A DNA stretch of 64,000 bases, taken from Adineta vaga (Eukaryota; Animalia; Rotifera). The stretch spans positions 11,904,001-11,968,000 of the forward strand of contig CP075493.1 in assembly GCA_021613535.1 (NCBI GenBank), in the 5' to 3' direction. Positions 63,144 through 64,000 of this stretch are shown here, piece after piece. The position numbers and the translations under genes are program-made. Under the pieces are notes generated by a model. The model worked only from the letters and a program-made list of their open reading frames with translations, was not told the origin of the DNA and made no database searches. Every line of letters starts with the position of its first letter. Position 1 is the first letter of the stretch.

Positions 63144-64000
63144 TTATGTCAATTGGTTGAATGAAAAATTTGCTAGAAAGATATCTTTTTGCACCATATA
63201 TTGAACTGCCAATTCCTCCAAACTATTTATGAAATCTATATTATGGCTTGAATTTATATTATGTACTAGTTCATGGCATATAACCATAAAATAGAAGTTG
63301 ACAATTGTATTGATAATACCGTTTGATCCTGTTCGTTTTTTCAGATATGCCTGAAGTTCATCGGCATAGATTTGCTCGAAGTATCGAAGATTAAAGAAAA
63401 GTGAACCTTTCGTATTGAACGCTATGCGAGCTAAGAGAAAAAGGAAGATATGAAATAATATAGATTAGATATATCTATTAACTTACATCCATTGATATCA
63501 CGATATAGATGTAATGCTTCAGTAGAAAGTTTAAAAACATGTTCAGCAAGATTGATCAATACATAAGCGAGTTGTTTTGCTTGATCGAGCATTTCATCTG
63601 TGACTTTAACATTTTCTTCAATGAAAAGTGGTATTGAAATACCAGAATTAGGATAAATTTTCATATTAGTATCGGGTACGAATTCACATGATTCATATTG
63701 TTCAATGTCAACATATCCTGAATGAGCAAAAAAAGAGTTTGAATAAGGTCGACTGTTTTGGACTATATGGCGTAATTTTCTGTTCATATGTATATTTCCA
63801 GATTTGAAATTTTCAGTCAGATGCATTGCTGGAGTAGGTTTACTTTTGTGTTGGTGACGTTCGACGTTAGTTGAAGCATTGATTTGTTCGCGTTCAGTAG
63901 TAGGATTCGGTATTTGAGAAATATCAGGTACAACTGTTTCGATATGATCTCGTGAATTAGATAGACTTGTATTCTGAGGAGAAATAGTGCGATTTACAAT
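63144..64000 (-). CDS. 3' end of a DUF3684-family-like protein with C-terminal HExxH (WLM/zincin-like) domain; continues beyond the window
   Basis: Intron 63431-63486 joins LHLYRDING-SRIAFNTKGSLFFNLRYFEQ..FYFMVICHELVHNINSSH..* (stop 63144). The IAFN.GSLFFNLRYF and CHEL.HN..H motifs match my recollection of fungal DUF3684 protein C-termini. Confidence 0.65.

Overview
This is AT-rich eukaryotic genomic DNA with very short GT-AG introns (about 47-68 nt). The gene families point to a bdelloid rotifer (Adineta/Rotaria-like); this is an inference from the ART-TPR gene, NHL/EGF receptors, expanded F-box genes, FG-GAP membrane proteins and foreign-looking intronless genes. The window is an accessory, birth-and-death region dominated by protein-modification and ubiquitin genes. 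These are an R-S-E ADP-ribosyltransferase with about 20 TPRs, an atypical E2 directly upstream of a ~3,200-aa SPRY/HECT E3, and four apparently intact F-box genes plus an F-box relic. One F-box gene is a 2OG-Fe(II) oxygenase/F-box fusion. Another, barely visible in the ORF track, is an F-box/LRR gene built from fourteen exact 84-nt phase-0 cassette exons. Other genes are a secreted type-1 copper protein, a DxD glycosyltransferase-like gene, an FKBP4-like immunophilin, an intronless clan-2 P450, a membrane protein with three tandem 2-TM Cys-rich units plus FG-GAP repeats, a Zn-finger gene, a decaying NHL/EGF receptor and the 3' end of a DUF3684-like HExxH gene. There are also several pseudogene relics, nested rolling-circle-like elements, a foldback element and a repeated telomere-like 15-mer. 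Several long ORFs are broken by single-base indels that may be assembly errors. All calls come from reading motifs by eye; no database search was run.
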